From: Mollicutes bacterium
GTDB taxonomy: Bacteria > Bacillota_I > Bacilli_A > Izemoplasmatales > Izemoplasmataceae
Assembly: GCA_003568315.1 (NCBI GenBank)
Contig: PWYL01000070.1
Span: 15,266 to 79,265 of the forward strand
DNA: 64,000 bases
Reading direction: 5' to 3'
Position 1 is the first letter of the stretch; the number at the start of each line of letters is the position of its first letter. The translations under genes and the position numbers were made by a program. Shown in pieces: positions 1-9,203 of this stretch. The notes under the pieces are model-generated. The model was given only the letters and a program-made list of their open reading frames with translations, did not search any database and was not told the DNA's origin.

Positions 1-10
1 CATCGTCGCC

Positions 11-1477
11 ATGCCGAAGAAGAGTCTCTTCGTCCTTTTCGCGAGCCTTTTCATCGTGTTCGTCTTCGCGATGACGTATGGCTCCTATGTGCGACAGACC
101 CACGCTTCCGCGATGGAATTCCACCCCCATTTCCGCAACACGACCGAAAGCCGGATCGTCGTCACGCGTCGAGACGGGGAGGCCTTCACCGACGACGAAC
201 TGGAGACATTCCGGGCGGAGTCCCTGATCCGGGCGGTCGCACCGTATGACGCCTTTTTCGACGAGGAACTCCGTATCATACCTTCGGACGGGGTGACCGC
301 CCCCGAGATCGACGAGTGGCACATGGATGCCGCACGCATCCAGCACGCGAGTGCGCTCACACCCCGCGACCTTTCGGCGGGAAGACTTCCCGAGAACGAG
401 CATGAGATTGTCGCGACCGAGCCCTATGCAGTCGGCGAGTTCTTGGCCGTTCCCAGCGACCCCACCTTTTTTGGAGGGTTCCACGGTCCTCGGGACACCC
501 CCACCGATGATATCGGGGATTTCATGCATTTCGAGATTGTCGGCATCGCCGCCGAAACCCCGGCCACTTACCAAAGACATATCCACTTCCACGACGACTT
601 CTTCCCAAGCGATTTCGCCAGACTCAAGGCTTTTATTCCCCATCACCCCCCGTCTTTGGAGATTGATGATTTCGGCACCGTGAAGCTGGAACACTATTTC
701 TTGCATTTCGATGACGATATCGACAAAGGCGAACTCGTCGTGAGCGAACATATCAAGACGGGCTATTTCGCGGGCGTTCCCGACGAGGATTTCGTCGGCA
801 ACCCGATGCGTTTCTTCATCGAGAACGATTTCACCGATGAGATCCACGAGTCCACCGTGGAAGTGAGAGAAATCACGACAGGGGACCGTAGCCGGGGCGT
901 CGCCATGAACACGGAAACCCTCACCGCCCTCTTTGATGAAATCGGACGCCACCAGGTGGGTCTCGTCGTGCGGGACAGCCATGATGCCCAGAAGGTCATG
1001 GACACGTTGGACGGCGAAACCTACAACTATGTCTATCCCGCTGCATACACTTCGGAAGTCGACGCCATCCTCGGGACGGTGGTGCGGATCTTCCAGGGCG
1101 GCTTTTCGTTCTTGCTGCTTCTGGTGCTCTATTTCCTCTCCTATATCGCCTTGAAGAACGTCATGCAGGCACGCACAAAAGACTTTGTGATCCTGAGGAG
1201 CCTCGGAGCACGACAAAAAGACATCCACCGGTTGAACGTCGCCGAGACGGCTTCCACCATGGTCATCGCTCTCGGCCTCGTCTTCGGCTTCCTCGTGTTG
1301 AACCGTTTCGTCCGCACTCCTATCCCCGATTATCTCCATTTCTTCAATGTGGGGAACTATCTCGTGATGATCCTTGTGATGCTTGTCCTGAGTGTCCTTC
1401 TAGCCGCCCGGTTCAATTCACGTCTTTACCGGGACACGGTCACGACCGCCTTCCGGGAAGCGGGTGATGTCGCATGA
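11..1477 (+). CDS. FtsX-family (MacB-type) ABC transporter permease; may be 5'-truncated by the window edge
   Basis: 488-aa ORF. N-terminal basic stretch plus TM helix, long acidic extracytoplasmic domain, C-terminal 3-TM FtsX-like module (RSLGARQKDIHRLNV...). No in-frame stop between nt 2 and the ATG. ATGA overlap with the next gene. Confidence 0.75.
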   Translation: MPKKSLFVLFASLFIVFVFAMTYGSYVRQTHASAMEFHPHFRNTTESRIVVTRRDGEAFTDDELETFRAESLIRAVAPYDAFFDEELRIIPSDGVTAPEIDEWHMDAARIQHASALTPRDLSAGRLPENEHEIVATEPYAVGEFLAVPSDPTFFGGFHGPRDTPTDDIGDFMHFEIVGIAAETPATYQRHIHFHDDFFPSDFARLKAFIPHHPPSLEIDDFGTVKLEHYFLHFDDDIDKGELVVSEHIKTGYFAGVPDEDFVGNPMRFFIENDFTDEIHESTVEVREITTGDRSRGVAMNTETLTALFDEIGRHQVGLVVRDSHDAQKVMDTLDGETYNYVYPAAYTSEVDAILGTVVRIFQGGFSFLLLLVLYFLSYIALKNVMQARTKDFVILRSLGARQKDIHRLNVAETASTMVIALGLVFGFLVLNRFVRTPIPDYLHFFNVGNYLVMILVMLVLSVLLAARFNSRLYRDTVTTAFREAGDVA

Positions 1478-3888
1478 TCCGTTTGCAAGGAATCGACAAA
1501 TCCTTCAACAAGGGCAGAAGGAACGAACTGCACGTCCTCGATTCCATCGATCTCGAATTCCCCGACAAAGGCCTCGTGATGTTCCTCGGGGACTCGGGCT
1601 CCGGCAAGACCACACTCTTGAACGTCATCGGCGGCCTCGACAAGGCCGACAAGGGCACAATCACCTTTGACGGCGACACAATCGAGAAATACCGCCCCGC
1701 TCAATTCGATCAGCTCCGAAGTTCCGAGATCGGCTATGTCTTCCAACAATACTATCTTCTCCCGCACGAGACCGTCTATCAGAACATCCGCATGACCTTG
1801 CAGATGATCGGCATCGAGGACGAACGCGAAATCGGCCAGCGCATCAACCATCTCCTCGATCTCGTGAACATGCGTCCTTTCAAACTCCGCAAGGCCAACC
1901 AGCTCTCGGGCGGCCAACAACAACGCATCGCCATCGTCAGAGCCCTTGCCAAGGACCCCGCCGTCATCATCGCCGATGAACCCACCGGCAACCTCGACAG
2001 CAAGAACACCGTTGAGATCATGAAAATCCTGAAGGCCATAAGCGAAGAGAAACTCGTCATCATGGTCACCCACGAACAAGACCTCGCCCGCCATTACGGC
2101 GACATCATCATCGAGATCGAGGACGGCCGCATAAAACATAGCGGCAAGAACCATTCCGACCGGGTCTTCGAAGCCGCCTCGATGCAGAACATCTATCTTG
2201 GCGACCTTGAAGCGAAGGGGCGCATGGAAGACGAGAACACCTCCATCTCGATCTATTCCGACAATTCCGTCGAAGGCCCCTTGAAAGCCCGGCTCATCGT
2301 CAAGAACAAAACCCTCTATCTCGATATCGACGAAGGTTCTTTCAAGAGCGTGCACCGTCTCACCGGACAAAGCGAGACCCGTGTGTATGAGACGACCGCG
2401 AAAGAACACGGAGCCATCACCGAGACGCCGCCGACGTTCGACTATTCGACGCGTTTTCCCATCACGAAAAAACGCGAAAGGCCGCTTTTCAAGCTGAAAC
2501 ACGCGGCCGGCCGCGCCTTCTCGAGAATCAAAAAGAGCACGAAACTCTCAAAACTCCTCTATGCCGGCTTCGCCTTCGGCGCGGCCATGTTCGCCTTCGC
2601 CCTCTACACCCTCGCCAACATCATCGTCATCGACGAGAGCGAATTCTTGCAAGAGCCCAAATACACTTTCCATGTCGAGGACGGACAAAGGGCGACGTAT
2701 GGAGAATTTCTCGCTTCCTTCGAGGATGCGCCCTTGACGGGCCACGGCCTCGATACGGGGACAGAGGATTTCGCTTTCGGGATTCCCTTCTTCTATCAGA
2801 CGCGACGGACCATCAACACAAACGCCCGTCTTTTCGACATCCGTCAGGAAGAGGGCACACGCATGCTCAAAGGACGCATGCCCGAAGCGGCGGGCGAACT
2901 CGTCATCGGACGGGCTTTGGCCGACGGGATCATCCAAAACCGCACCAACCGTGCGAGCGGCATCACCACCTATGACGACCTCATGGGAATCGTCCACCAC
3001 GAAGGGGAAGGCGATCTCGGCGAAGCCTTCCGCATCGTCGGCATCATCGACACCGATGTCAAGGCCGTATTCGCTCTACCTGCGAGTGTCGGTTTCTTCC
3101 TCCACGGCCAACTCGCGCCACTATCCTTCTATGCGGACGAAGACGGTTTCGTCTTGGAACGCGGTGAACCCATCCAAAATGAGGGCGAGATCCTTCTCCC
3201 CGAAGCCATGGCGCCTCAGGATTTTGCCGACGAGACGATCACCATCGACGACATCACCTATGATGTCGTCGGCTCCTACAGCGTGGAAGGCAAAGCGACC
3301 GGACGCCTCCTTCTTTCCGATGACGACCTTTCCGCCCATCATTATGCGACAAGCCACGAGGAAGGAACGACCCGTGAACTCTACACGGACGATCCTTCCG
3401 CACTGGAAAGATACCTCACCGCTGCCGGTGAAGACTATGAGAACGTCTACCGGATGAGACTCGACCGCCAACGGGAGATGCGCATGGGGGCCGTGAGCGG
3501 ACTTTTGGTCTTTTCCGCCGTGGCGCTCGGCGCGACCGCCCTCAGTTTCTTCTTCATCATCCGCTCTTCCCTCATGGGAAGGATCTATGAGATCGGCGTC
3601 TACAGGTCTTTGGGCGTCCGGCGTGCAGACATTCTGAAAATGTTCCTCCTCGAGGTCGTGATTCTCACTTCCGTGAGTTCTCTTGTCGGCTTTTCCCTCA
3701 TGACCTACATCCTCCATGTCATACAAAAAGAGGCCGCGGAAATCCTGAGCCTCTTCGACATCTCTTTCTTCACCGTATCCACGGGTCTTCTCGCCATCTA
3801 CGCCTTGAATCTCCTCTTCGGGCTTCTGCCGCTCTATATGCTTCTGAGGAAGACGCCCGCCCGCATCATGACCGCCTACGACCTCTGA
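1474..3888 (+). CDS. ABC transporter ATP-binding protein fused to FtsX-type permease (MacB-like architecture)
   Basis: 804 aa. Walker [10 protein letters not shown], signature [15 protein letters not shown] and Walker [13 protein letters not shown] in the first ~225 aa. TM helix near residue 350, large extracytoplasmic domain, C-terminal 3-TM FtsX-like module. Confidence 0.9.
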   Translation: MIRLQGIDKSFNKGRRNELHVLDSIDLEFPDKGLVMFLGDSGSGKTTLLNVIGGLDKADKGTITFDGDTIEKYRPAQFDQLRSSEIGYVFQQYYLLPHETVYQNIRMTLQMIGIEDEREIGQRINHLLDLVNMRPFKLRKANQLSGGQQQRIAIVRALAKDPAVIIADEPTGNLDSKNTVEIMKILKAISEEKLVIMVTHEQDLARHYGDIIIEIEDGRIKHSGKNHSDRVFEAASMQNIYLGDLEAKGRMEDENTSISIYSDNSVEGPLKARLIVKNKTLYLDIDEGSFKSVHRLTGQSETRVYETTAKEHGAITETPPTFDYSTRFPITKKRERPLFKLKHAAGRAFSRIKKSTKLSKLLYAGFAFGAAMFAFALYTLANIIVIDESEFLQEPKYTFHVEDGQRATYGEFLASFEDAPLTGHGLDTGTEDFAFGIPFFYQTRRTINTNARLFDIRQEEGTRMLKGRMPEAAGELVIGRALADGIIQNRTNRASGITTYDDLMGIVHHEGEGDLGEAFRIVGIIDTDVKAVFALPASVGFFLHGQLAPLSFYADEDGFVLERGEPIQNEGEILLPEAMAPQDFADETITIDDITYDVVGSYSVEGKATGRLLLSDDDLSAHHYATSHEEGTTRELYTDDPSALERYLTAAGEDYENVYRMRLDRQREMRMGAVSGLLVFSAVALGATALSFFFIIRSSLMGRIYEIGVYRSLGVRRADILKMFLLEVVILTSVSSLVGFSLMTYILHVIQKEAAEILSLFDISFFTVSTGLLAIYALNLLFGLLPLYMLLRKTPARIMTAYDL

Positions 3889-3890
3889 AG

Positions 3891-5264
3891 TCAGAGCCTT
3901 TTCGCATAGGCGACATATCTCTCGATATCGAACTTCCTTTTGAGCCCCCTCGCCACCATGGGGCGGAGCTTGCCGAAGACGGGCCGTTCCTCGAAACCCT
4001 GGTCGTGTCTTCCGAAGCACCAGGCGATGCCGGCATACGTATTCGGGTCCCTTCCGTCGAGGAAGTATTTGTTGTTGAGGCAAAGGATCGTCTCGTAGGC
4101 TTCTTTGTAATCACTACTCCAGCGGATGATCTGCTTGGCCCAATACATCCTGAGCGTGTTGTGCATGTGGCCGGTCCGTTTCATCTCCCGCATGGCGGCG
4201 TTGAAGTACTCGTCATGCGTCTCGTCTTTTTCTTTCTCGTAGTCCGCCAAGGTGTAGAGATGTTCCCGTTCATCCTCGAGATGGCGCTCCATGGTCTCAT
4301 AGGCCCAAGGAAGCGTCATCTTTTCGAATTCGTCATAGCCTTCGTGATAATAGACGAAATTGAAAGCGAGCCCCCTGCGCACGATGAGCTGTTCCAAAAA
4401 GGCCTCGGCCGCATGGGGCGGGACATCGCGTTCGGTGAGTCTCTCTTCCACAGCCGCACGGATGGAAAGCGGCGAGATGTGGCCGAAATGGAGATAGGGC
4501 GAAAGCTTGCTGGTGAAATATTCTCCGGGGTCGGCGCTTTCGTGATAATCGGCGAGCCTCTCTTCCAAGAACTCCGCCAACATGCGTTGGGCTTCTTTCT
4601 CCCCGCCGTGGAAGTAGAAGCTCTTTTTCATGGTCTTGTCGACGTTCAGTTTCTTGATGGTCTCTTCCATGGGTAATTCGACAAGACCGGGATTGAACGG
4701 ACGCCGCACCCGCAAGGCGGGAATGGAGGCCTCTTCGCTGAATTCCTCGAGTCGCTTGAGGATCTTGGGTCGGATTGTCCTCGCGGCGTATTCGACCTTG
4801 TCGCTTGCGACTTCCACCGGGACGATGAGTTCACTCTCGACCTCGTCGACCCGCAAGGAGAGACTCTCCGCATGTTCGACGAGCCGGTCCCGCACCTTTT
4901 GCAATTCGCAAAGGTAGGCCTTGTCCATGACAAAGAGCGCGGCCTTTTCCATGTGGCGCGCCACCACATCCTCGAAAGCGCCGATCTCCACACGGAAATC
5001 GGCGCCCATCCGTTTGAACGAGGCGGTAAGCGACTTCAACCCTTCCAAGAGGAACGCGTAATGCCGCGCGTTCGCCTCGGGGAAACTTTCCGCCACGCAA
5101 AAGACGACCCGGAGGGGGAGGGACAAAGCGTTCGCCGCTTTCGCGGCGTGCGCGAGAGCGAAATTGTTTTCCATGCGCTGTGATTGTTGCATCCAATAGA
5201 GGACGTACGAGTCCGCTTTCTTCAACGGGTAATCCAGACGGTTCTTCAACCTTTGCGGATGCAT
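3891..5264 (-). CDS. phr: Deoxyribodipyrimidine photolyase, class II CPD type
   Basis: 457 aa from ATG 5264, with SD GGAGGAG 8 nt upstream; the track ORF runs on to 5351. YVLYWMQQSQRMENNFAL near the N-terminus and RMYWAKQIIRW...LNNKYFLDGRDPNTYAGIAWCFG...FGKLRPM near the C-terminus match the class II photolyase pattern. Confidence 0.85.
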   Translation of the reverse strand: MHPQRLKNRLDYPLKKADSYVLYWMQQSQRMENNFALAHAAKAANALSLPLRVVFCVAESFPEANARHYAFLLEGLKSLTASFKRMGADFRVEIGAFEDVVARHMEKAALFVMDKAYLCELQKVRDRLVEHAESLSLRVDEVESELIVPVEVASDKVEYAARTIRPKILKRLEEFSEEASIPALRVRRPFNPGLVELPMEETIKKLNVDKTMKKSFYFHGGEKEAQRMLAEFLEERLADYHESADPGEYFTSKLSPYLHFGHISPLSIRAAVEERLTERDVPPHAAEAFLEQLIVRRGLAFNFVYYHEGYDEFEKMTLPWAYETMERHLEDEREHLYTLADYEKEKDETHDEYFNAAMREMKRTGHMHNTLRMYWAKQIIRWSSDYKEAYETILCLNNKYFLDGRDPNTYAGIAWCFGRHDQGFEERPVFGKLRPMVARGLKRKFDIERYVAYAKRL

Positions 5265-5487
5265 CCGGGCAACTCCTCCGATCGATGTGGGGGGAAGTGT
5301 TGAGCAGAAGCTTTCAAGCCCATTATACGCCAACGACCTTGTTTGATGCAAACCATCCTTTGGGGGAAAATAAACAAATCAATTTGCGGGATGGGAAAGC
5401 GAAATGTGCTCTCTCCGCTTTATTAATGCGGGTCTTTGTCGTATAATACGGATAAGGAAGGGGAACGACTCTCAAGGAGGCTCCGCT

Positions 5488-5982
5488 TTGAAATACTATA
5501 TCAATCCTTCGCATTTTGCGAAGAAGAAGGATTTTATCATCCGCGATTTCAACCAAAACCCCCTCTTCAAAATGAAAGGGCGTTTTTTCCTGCGCCTGAA
5601 GAGGTTGGAGATGACCGATAACGACGGAAACACGATCCTCAGGCTGCAGAAACGTTGCACACTCGGTTTCACAAGGAAATATGACATCCTTACTGCCGAA
5701 AATCAAAGAATCGGTCGTATCAAAAGGACCTATGGATTCTTCCGCCCCAAATTCACCGTCCTTTTGGGTGATGAATCCCTGAAACTCGAAGGTTCCTTCT
5801 ATCAGCACGATTTCGCCTTGAAAGAGGACGACCGTCTTTTGGCGAAGATATCCAAACAGGTATTCCCTTTCGGCGATGCGTTCGAAATCGATGTCCGCGC
5901 CGAAGAGGAGGAAAAACTCCATCTTTTCTTGATGGTGGGATTGGACCAGTTCATCCATGAGTTCAAGAAGACCTTCCGCTGA
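5488..5982 (+). CDS. LURP-one-related / YxjI-like (Tubby C-terminal-like fold) protein
   Basis: In-frame TTG at 5488 with AAGGAGG 7 nt upstream; 164 aa. Sequence pattern resembles the bacterial YxjI/LOR family. Confidence 0.65.
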   Translation: MKYYINPSHFAKKKDFIIRDFNQNPLFKMKGRFFLRLKRLEMTDNDGNTILRLQKRCTLGFTRKYDILTAENQRIGRIKRTYGFFRPKFTVLLGDESLKLEGSFYQHDFALKEDDRLLAKISKQVFPFGDAFEIDVRAEEEEKLHLFLMVGLDQFIHEFKKTFR

Positions 5983-6625
5983 GTGCGTCATCTGCGAAAA
6001 CGAGACACGGCCTTTGCGCGATGAACAGTTGCACATCGTCCACGATGTCTGCACTTCTTGCGGTTTCACACGGAAGAAGGCGCGTTTCCACCCTGAAGCC
6101 GAAGCGGAAAAAGCGGTCTACGACAGACACGAGAACACCATGGAAAACGAGGGGTATGTCCGCATGTTGGCGGATTTCCTCGACCGGGCGGTTCATCCTT
6201 TCCAAACCCCCTCCCACGCCTTGGAATTCGGGTGCGGCCCCGGCCCGGTCCTTTTCGAGCTCCTCCTCCGGAGGGGCTTTTCGGTACGTCGCTATGATCC
6301 GTTCTATTACCCCGACAAGACCGTCTTTCTTGACACCTACGGAGCCATAACCGCCACCGAAGTCTTCGAGCACCTCCGTTTTCCTTTGGAGGAGACGAAA
6401 CGGCTCGCTTCCCTTCTGGAACAAGGTGGAATCCTCGCCGTCATGACGAAGTTCCGCCCGCCTGCCGACGAAGATTTCCTCGACTGGTGGTATCGACGGG
6501 ATCCCTCGCATATCGGTTTTTTCACCGAAGACGCCTTTCACGTGTTGGCGGAAAAGACAGGCCTTTTCCTCCGCCATACCGACCACGAAATGATTGTCGT
6601 GATGCAGAAAGGGGACCGATCATGA
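5957..6625 (+). CDS. Class I SAM-dependent methyltransferase with N-terminal zinc ribbon
   Basis: 222 aa. CVIC...CTSC ribbon, then motif I LEFGCGPG. 26-nt overlap with the upstream gene; weak SD. Confidence 0.8.
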   Translation: MSSRRPSAECVICENETRPLRDEQLHIVHDVCTSCGFTRKKARFHPEAEAEKAVYDRHENTMENEGYVRMLADFLDRAVHPFQTPSHALEFGCGPGPVLFELLLRRGFSVRRYDPFYYPDKTVFLDTYGAITATEVFEHLRFPLEETKRLASLLEQGGILAVMTKFRPPADEDFLDWWYRRDPSHIGFFTEDAFHVLAEKTGLFLRHTDHEMIVVMQKGDRS

Positions 6626-7533
6626 AAGTCCATTCCCCCCACGAAGAATACCGCGATTTCTTGCGAAGACAGCTTCCCGCGGGCATCGGACTCGCCCAGG
6701 GGGCCATGGATGCCCATTGGCTCATACAAGGGAAGTTCACGGAAGCGGATTACCACGAGAACCTCCGGGGTGTGATCATCCCCTTCACCTCACATGCGGG
6801 CATCGACATCAATCTCATGAAGAAGAAGGGACTCAAACTCTTCAACACCACCGTCCATTCGCCCTATGTGGCAGAGAGAGCCTTGCAGCTCACGCTCACG
6901 CTTCTGGGAAGGATCGTCGCCTATCATCGAAGGCTCAGAGAAGGCGACTGGTCGAAGAAGAGCTTCCTCACCGGCAGGCGGTGGAATTCACTGTATGGAA
7001 AGAAAGTCGGACTTTTTGGCTACGGCCGCATCGGCCGCGCCTATCACGACCTCGTCCGCCCTTTCGGTGTGGAAATCTTCGTGATCGACCGCGGCAAGGA
7101 CTATGGCGATGCCCAGACCGTCTTCGACCTTGCCGGTCTGGTCGCGGCTAGCGATATCGTCGTTATAAGCGCTCCCTTGAACGATTCCACCCGGGGTGCT
7201 TTCGATAAAGACATCTTCAAAAAAATGGAAGGCAAATGGCTCGTGAATGTCGGCAGAGGTCCCATCGTCGAAGAAGAAGCCCTTTATGAAGCCTTGCGGG
7301 ATGGGACGCTTGCCGGTTTTGCCAGCGACGTCTGGTTCAACTACCCCGCAGCGGGAGAAGAAGGACCACCTTCCGCTTACCCCCTGGAACGTTTCGACAA
7401 TGTCGTCATGAGTCCCCATGTCGGCGGTATGAGCGAAGAAAGCCAAATGAAGATGCGCCATCACGTGTTGACACTGCTCAAGATGATCGTGAAAGGGGAT
7501 TTCTCCGGTGCGCTCGATCTCGAAGAACTATGA
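6622..7533 (+). CDS. D-isomer-specific 2-hydroxyacid dehydrogenase family protein
   Basis: ATG 6622 in an ATGA overlap; 303 aa. NAD fold GLFGYGRIGRA; VNVGRGPIV and SPHVGG catalytic-type motifs. Confidence 0.85.
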   Translation: MKVHSPHEEYRDFLRRQLPAGIGLAQGAMDAHWLIQGKFTEADYHENLRGVIIPFTSHAGIDINLMKKKGLKLFNTTVHSPYVAERALQLTLTLLGRIVAYHRRLREGDWSKKSFLTGRRWNSLYGKKVGLFGYGRIGRAYHDLVRPFGVEIFVIDRGKDYGDAQTVFDLAGLVAASDIVVISAPLNDSTRGAFDKDIFKKMEGKWLVNVGRGPIVEEEALYEALRDGTLAGFASDVWFNYPAAGEEGPPSAYPLERFDNVVMSPHVGGMSEESQMKMRHHVLTLLKMIVKGDFSGALDLEEL

Positions 7534-8572
7534 CGAAAGGGACACCCTCTTTTCGCGCATCCGCCTCGAGAAGGGGACCGACCGCTACCGGGCGTATTAT
7601 TCCGACAAGGAAGCATTGCGGAAGAAGGACGATCCGATTCGCGACAAGGACTTTTGGCAAAATCTCAAAGAGAGCGAAGCCTTCAAAGAGAAATATCTCC
7701 CGTTGATCGAAGACTTCGACAAACGTGCGGTGAAGCTCCACGAAGAAACGATGCGTTTGCAACCGGCGAAAACACGGGAAGCTTTGACGAATGAGGAACT
7801 CTTCGCTTTCGCCAAACAAGCCGGTGCGTGCGATGTCGCCTCCCTAACGCTTCGTCTTGACGATTTCTACAGCCACCACGGTGGAGTGGACGGAATCCGT
7901 CCCGGTAAAAGGCACGGGGCGAAGGTGCGTGCGGATTACCCTCGCGCGCTCATCTTCTGTGTCGAGATGGACAAAGAGCTCCTCCGTTTCGCGCCGCGTC
8001 TCGAAACGCTCTATGCGAGAAAGGAGGCCTACTACCGCGTGGCAAAGACCGGAGCGTCGGTGGCACGATTCCTGAAGAAAAAGGGCTATCGCGCCCTTTT
8101 CACGGGAGAACACCACTATATCGCGCCGCTCGTCGCCTTGGCCGAAAGGGCGAATCTCGGCCAAAGAGGGATGATGCATGTCCTCGTCCATCCGACCGAG
8201 GGTCCCGCGATCCGTCTCGGCGCCGTTTTCACCGACGCCCCGATTGAAGAGAGGAAGAAGCGGGAAGTCATCATCAGCGACTTCTGCGAGCGTTGCGCGC
8301 TTTGTCTCATGAACTGCCCCACCCGGGCCATAAAACCTTTTTCCGAAGGCCGGGCGGCCTTCGACGAACACAAGTGCTTCAAGATGTTTCAATCCTTCGG
8401 CACCGATTGCGGCATCTGCCTCAAGAGCTGCCCCTTCGCCTACGGAGTCGATACCGCCCGTCTCGAAGAAGGAAGAGAGACCCTCGATTGTCTGGTCAGA
8501 GAACATCTCGAGAAACACGGCCGCATCCCGAAACCTTTGAAGATGAGCCCATTCCGTAACGTTGAGGAGTGA
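7508..8572 (+). CDS. 4Fe-4S dicluster protein, reductive dehalogenase / QueG-like family
   Basis: GTG 7508 with SD AAAGGGGA 8 nt upstream; 354 aa. N-terminal DERDTLFSR. C-terminal Cys clusters CERCALCLMNCP and CGICLKSCP. 26-nt overlap with the upstream gene. Confidence 0.7.
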   Translation: MRSISKNYDERDTLFSRIRLEKGTDRYRAYYSDKEALRKKDDPIRDKDFWQNLKESEAFKEKYLPLIEDFDKRAVKLHEETMRLQPAKTREALTNEELFAFAKQAGACDVASLTLRLDDFYSHHGGVDGIRPGKRHGAKVRADYPRALIFCVEMDKELLRFAPRLETLYARKEAYYRVAKTGASVARFLKKKGYRALFTGEHHYIAPLVALAERANLGQRGMMHVLVHPTEGPAIRLGAVFTDAPIEERKKREVIISDFCERCALCLMNCPTRAIKPFSEGRAAFDEHKCFKMFQSFGTDCGICLKSCPFAYGVDTARLEEGRETLDCLVREHLEKHGRIPKPLKMSPFRNVEE

Positions 8573-8576
8573 TTCT

Positions 8577-8810
8577 TTGGAAATCGTCGTCGACATCCAC
8601 GGCATGACGGCTTTTGATGCCCAAAAACATATCGAACAAGTGATCCGTGACGCCTCCGAAGAGGTCACCGCCATCCGCATCATCCACGGATACCGCGGCG
8701 GCGAGAATCTTCGAGACATGGTCTCGGACCCGAACGCCATCCGCAGCAACCGCATCAAACGCCGCCGCTACACCATGAACCGCGGCGAGACCGTTTTGGA
8801 GCTCTATTGA
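8577..8810 (+). CDS. Stand-alone Smr domain protein
   Basis: TTG 8577 with GAGGAG 7 nt upstream; 77 aa. DIHG...IRIIHGYRGG...GETVLEL pattern of Smr domains. Confidence 0.65.
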   Translation: MEIVVDIHGMTAFDAQKHIEQVIRDASEEVTAIRIIHGYRGGENLRDMVSDPNAIRSNRIKRRRYTMNRGETVLELY

Positions 8811-9130
8811 TGTTCAAGACGAGAATCTCGTTTTTCCTCTTCATGCTGGCCGTTATCACCGGTATCCTCTTTGTCGCTCTCTCCTTTTTTTCAGAGAGGC
8901 TCAACGTGGTGTTTTTGCTCGTCGGGATCATCCTTTTTTCCGCGCTTTTCTTCGCGGCCGAGATCACGGGCGGCATCCTTGGCATCCAAAAAGAAGAGAA
9001 AAAGAGGAAAGAAAGCATGAAGCCGTGCCCCCACTGCGAGGCTCCCCTCTATCCCGAAGACGACAGCTGTCCCTACTGTGGGAAAAAACAGGAAGGAAAA
9101 CAAACGGAAGAAGCGACGAATAGGCCTTGA
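8810..9130 (+). CDS. Small membrane protein with C-terminal zinc ribbon
   Basis: ATG 8810 overlaps the Smr stop by 1 nt; 106 aa. Two predicted TM helices, then CPHC...CPYC. Confidence 0.5.
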   Translation: MFKTRISFFLFMLAVITGILFVALSFFSERLNVVFLLVGIILFSALFFAAEITGGILGIQKEEKKRKESMKPCPHCEAPLYPEDDSCPYCGKKQEGKQTEEATNRP

Positions 9131-9145
9131 TCCCCCCCGCTTCCA

Positions 9146-9174
9146 TTGACACCGTCCCGTTTTCCTGATAAACT
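9146..9174 (+). promoter_or_regulatory. Sigma-A-type promoter of degV
   Basis: TTGACA (9146-9151), 17-nt spacer, TG-extended TAAACT (9169-9174). Confidence 0.6.
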
Positions 9175-9186
9175 TTGATTATCAAA
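9174..9186. promoter_or_regulatory. Perfect palindrome TTTGAT-T-ATCAAA, FabT-type operator candidate
   Basis: 13-nt inverted repeat immediately after the -10 box, over the predicted transcription start. Confidence 0.55.
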
Positions 9187-9203
9187 CAAACAGGGAGGCA
9201 ACA

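Noticed and set aside
5323-6069. 248-aa minus-strand ORF spanning the divergent promoter region, the YxjI-like gene and the start of the methyltransferase gene
   Set aside because: It overlaps two plus-strand genes with family motifs and a promoter region. It has no SD and no recognisable domain.
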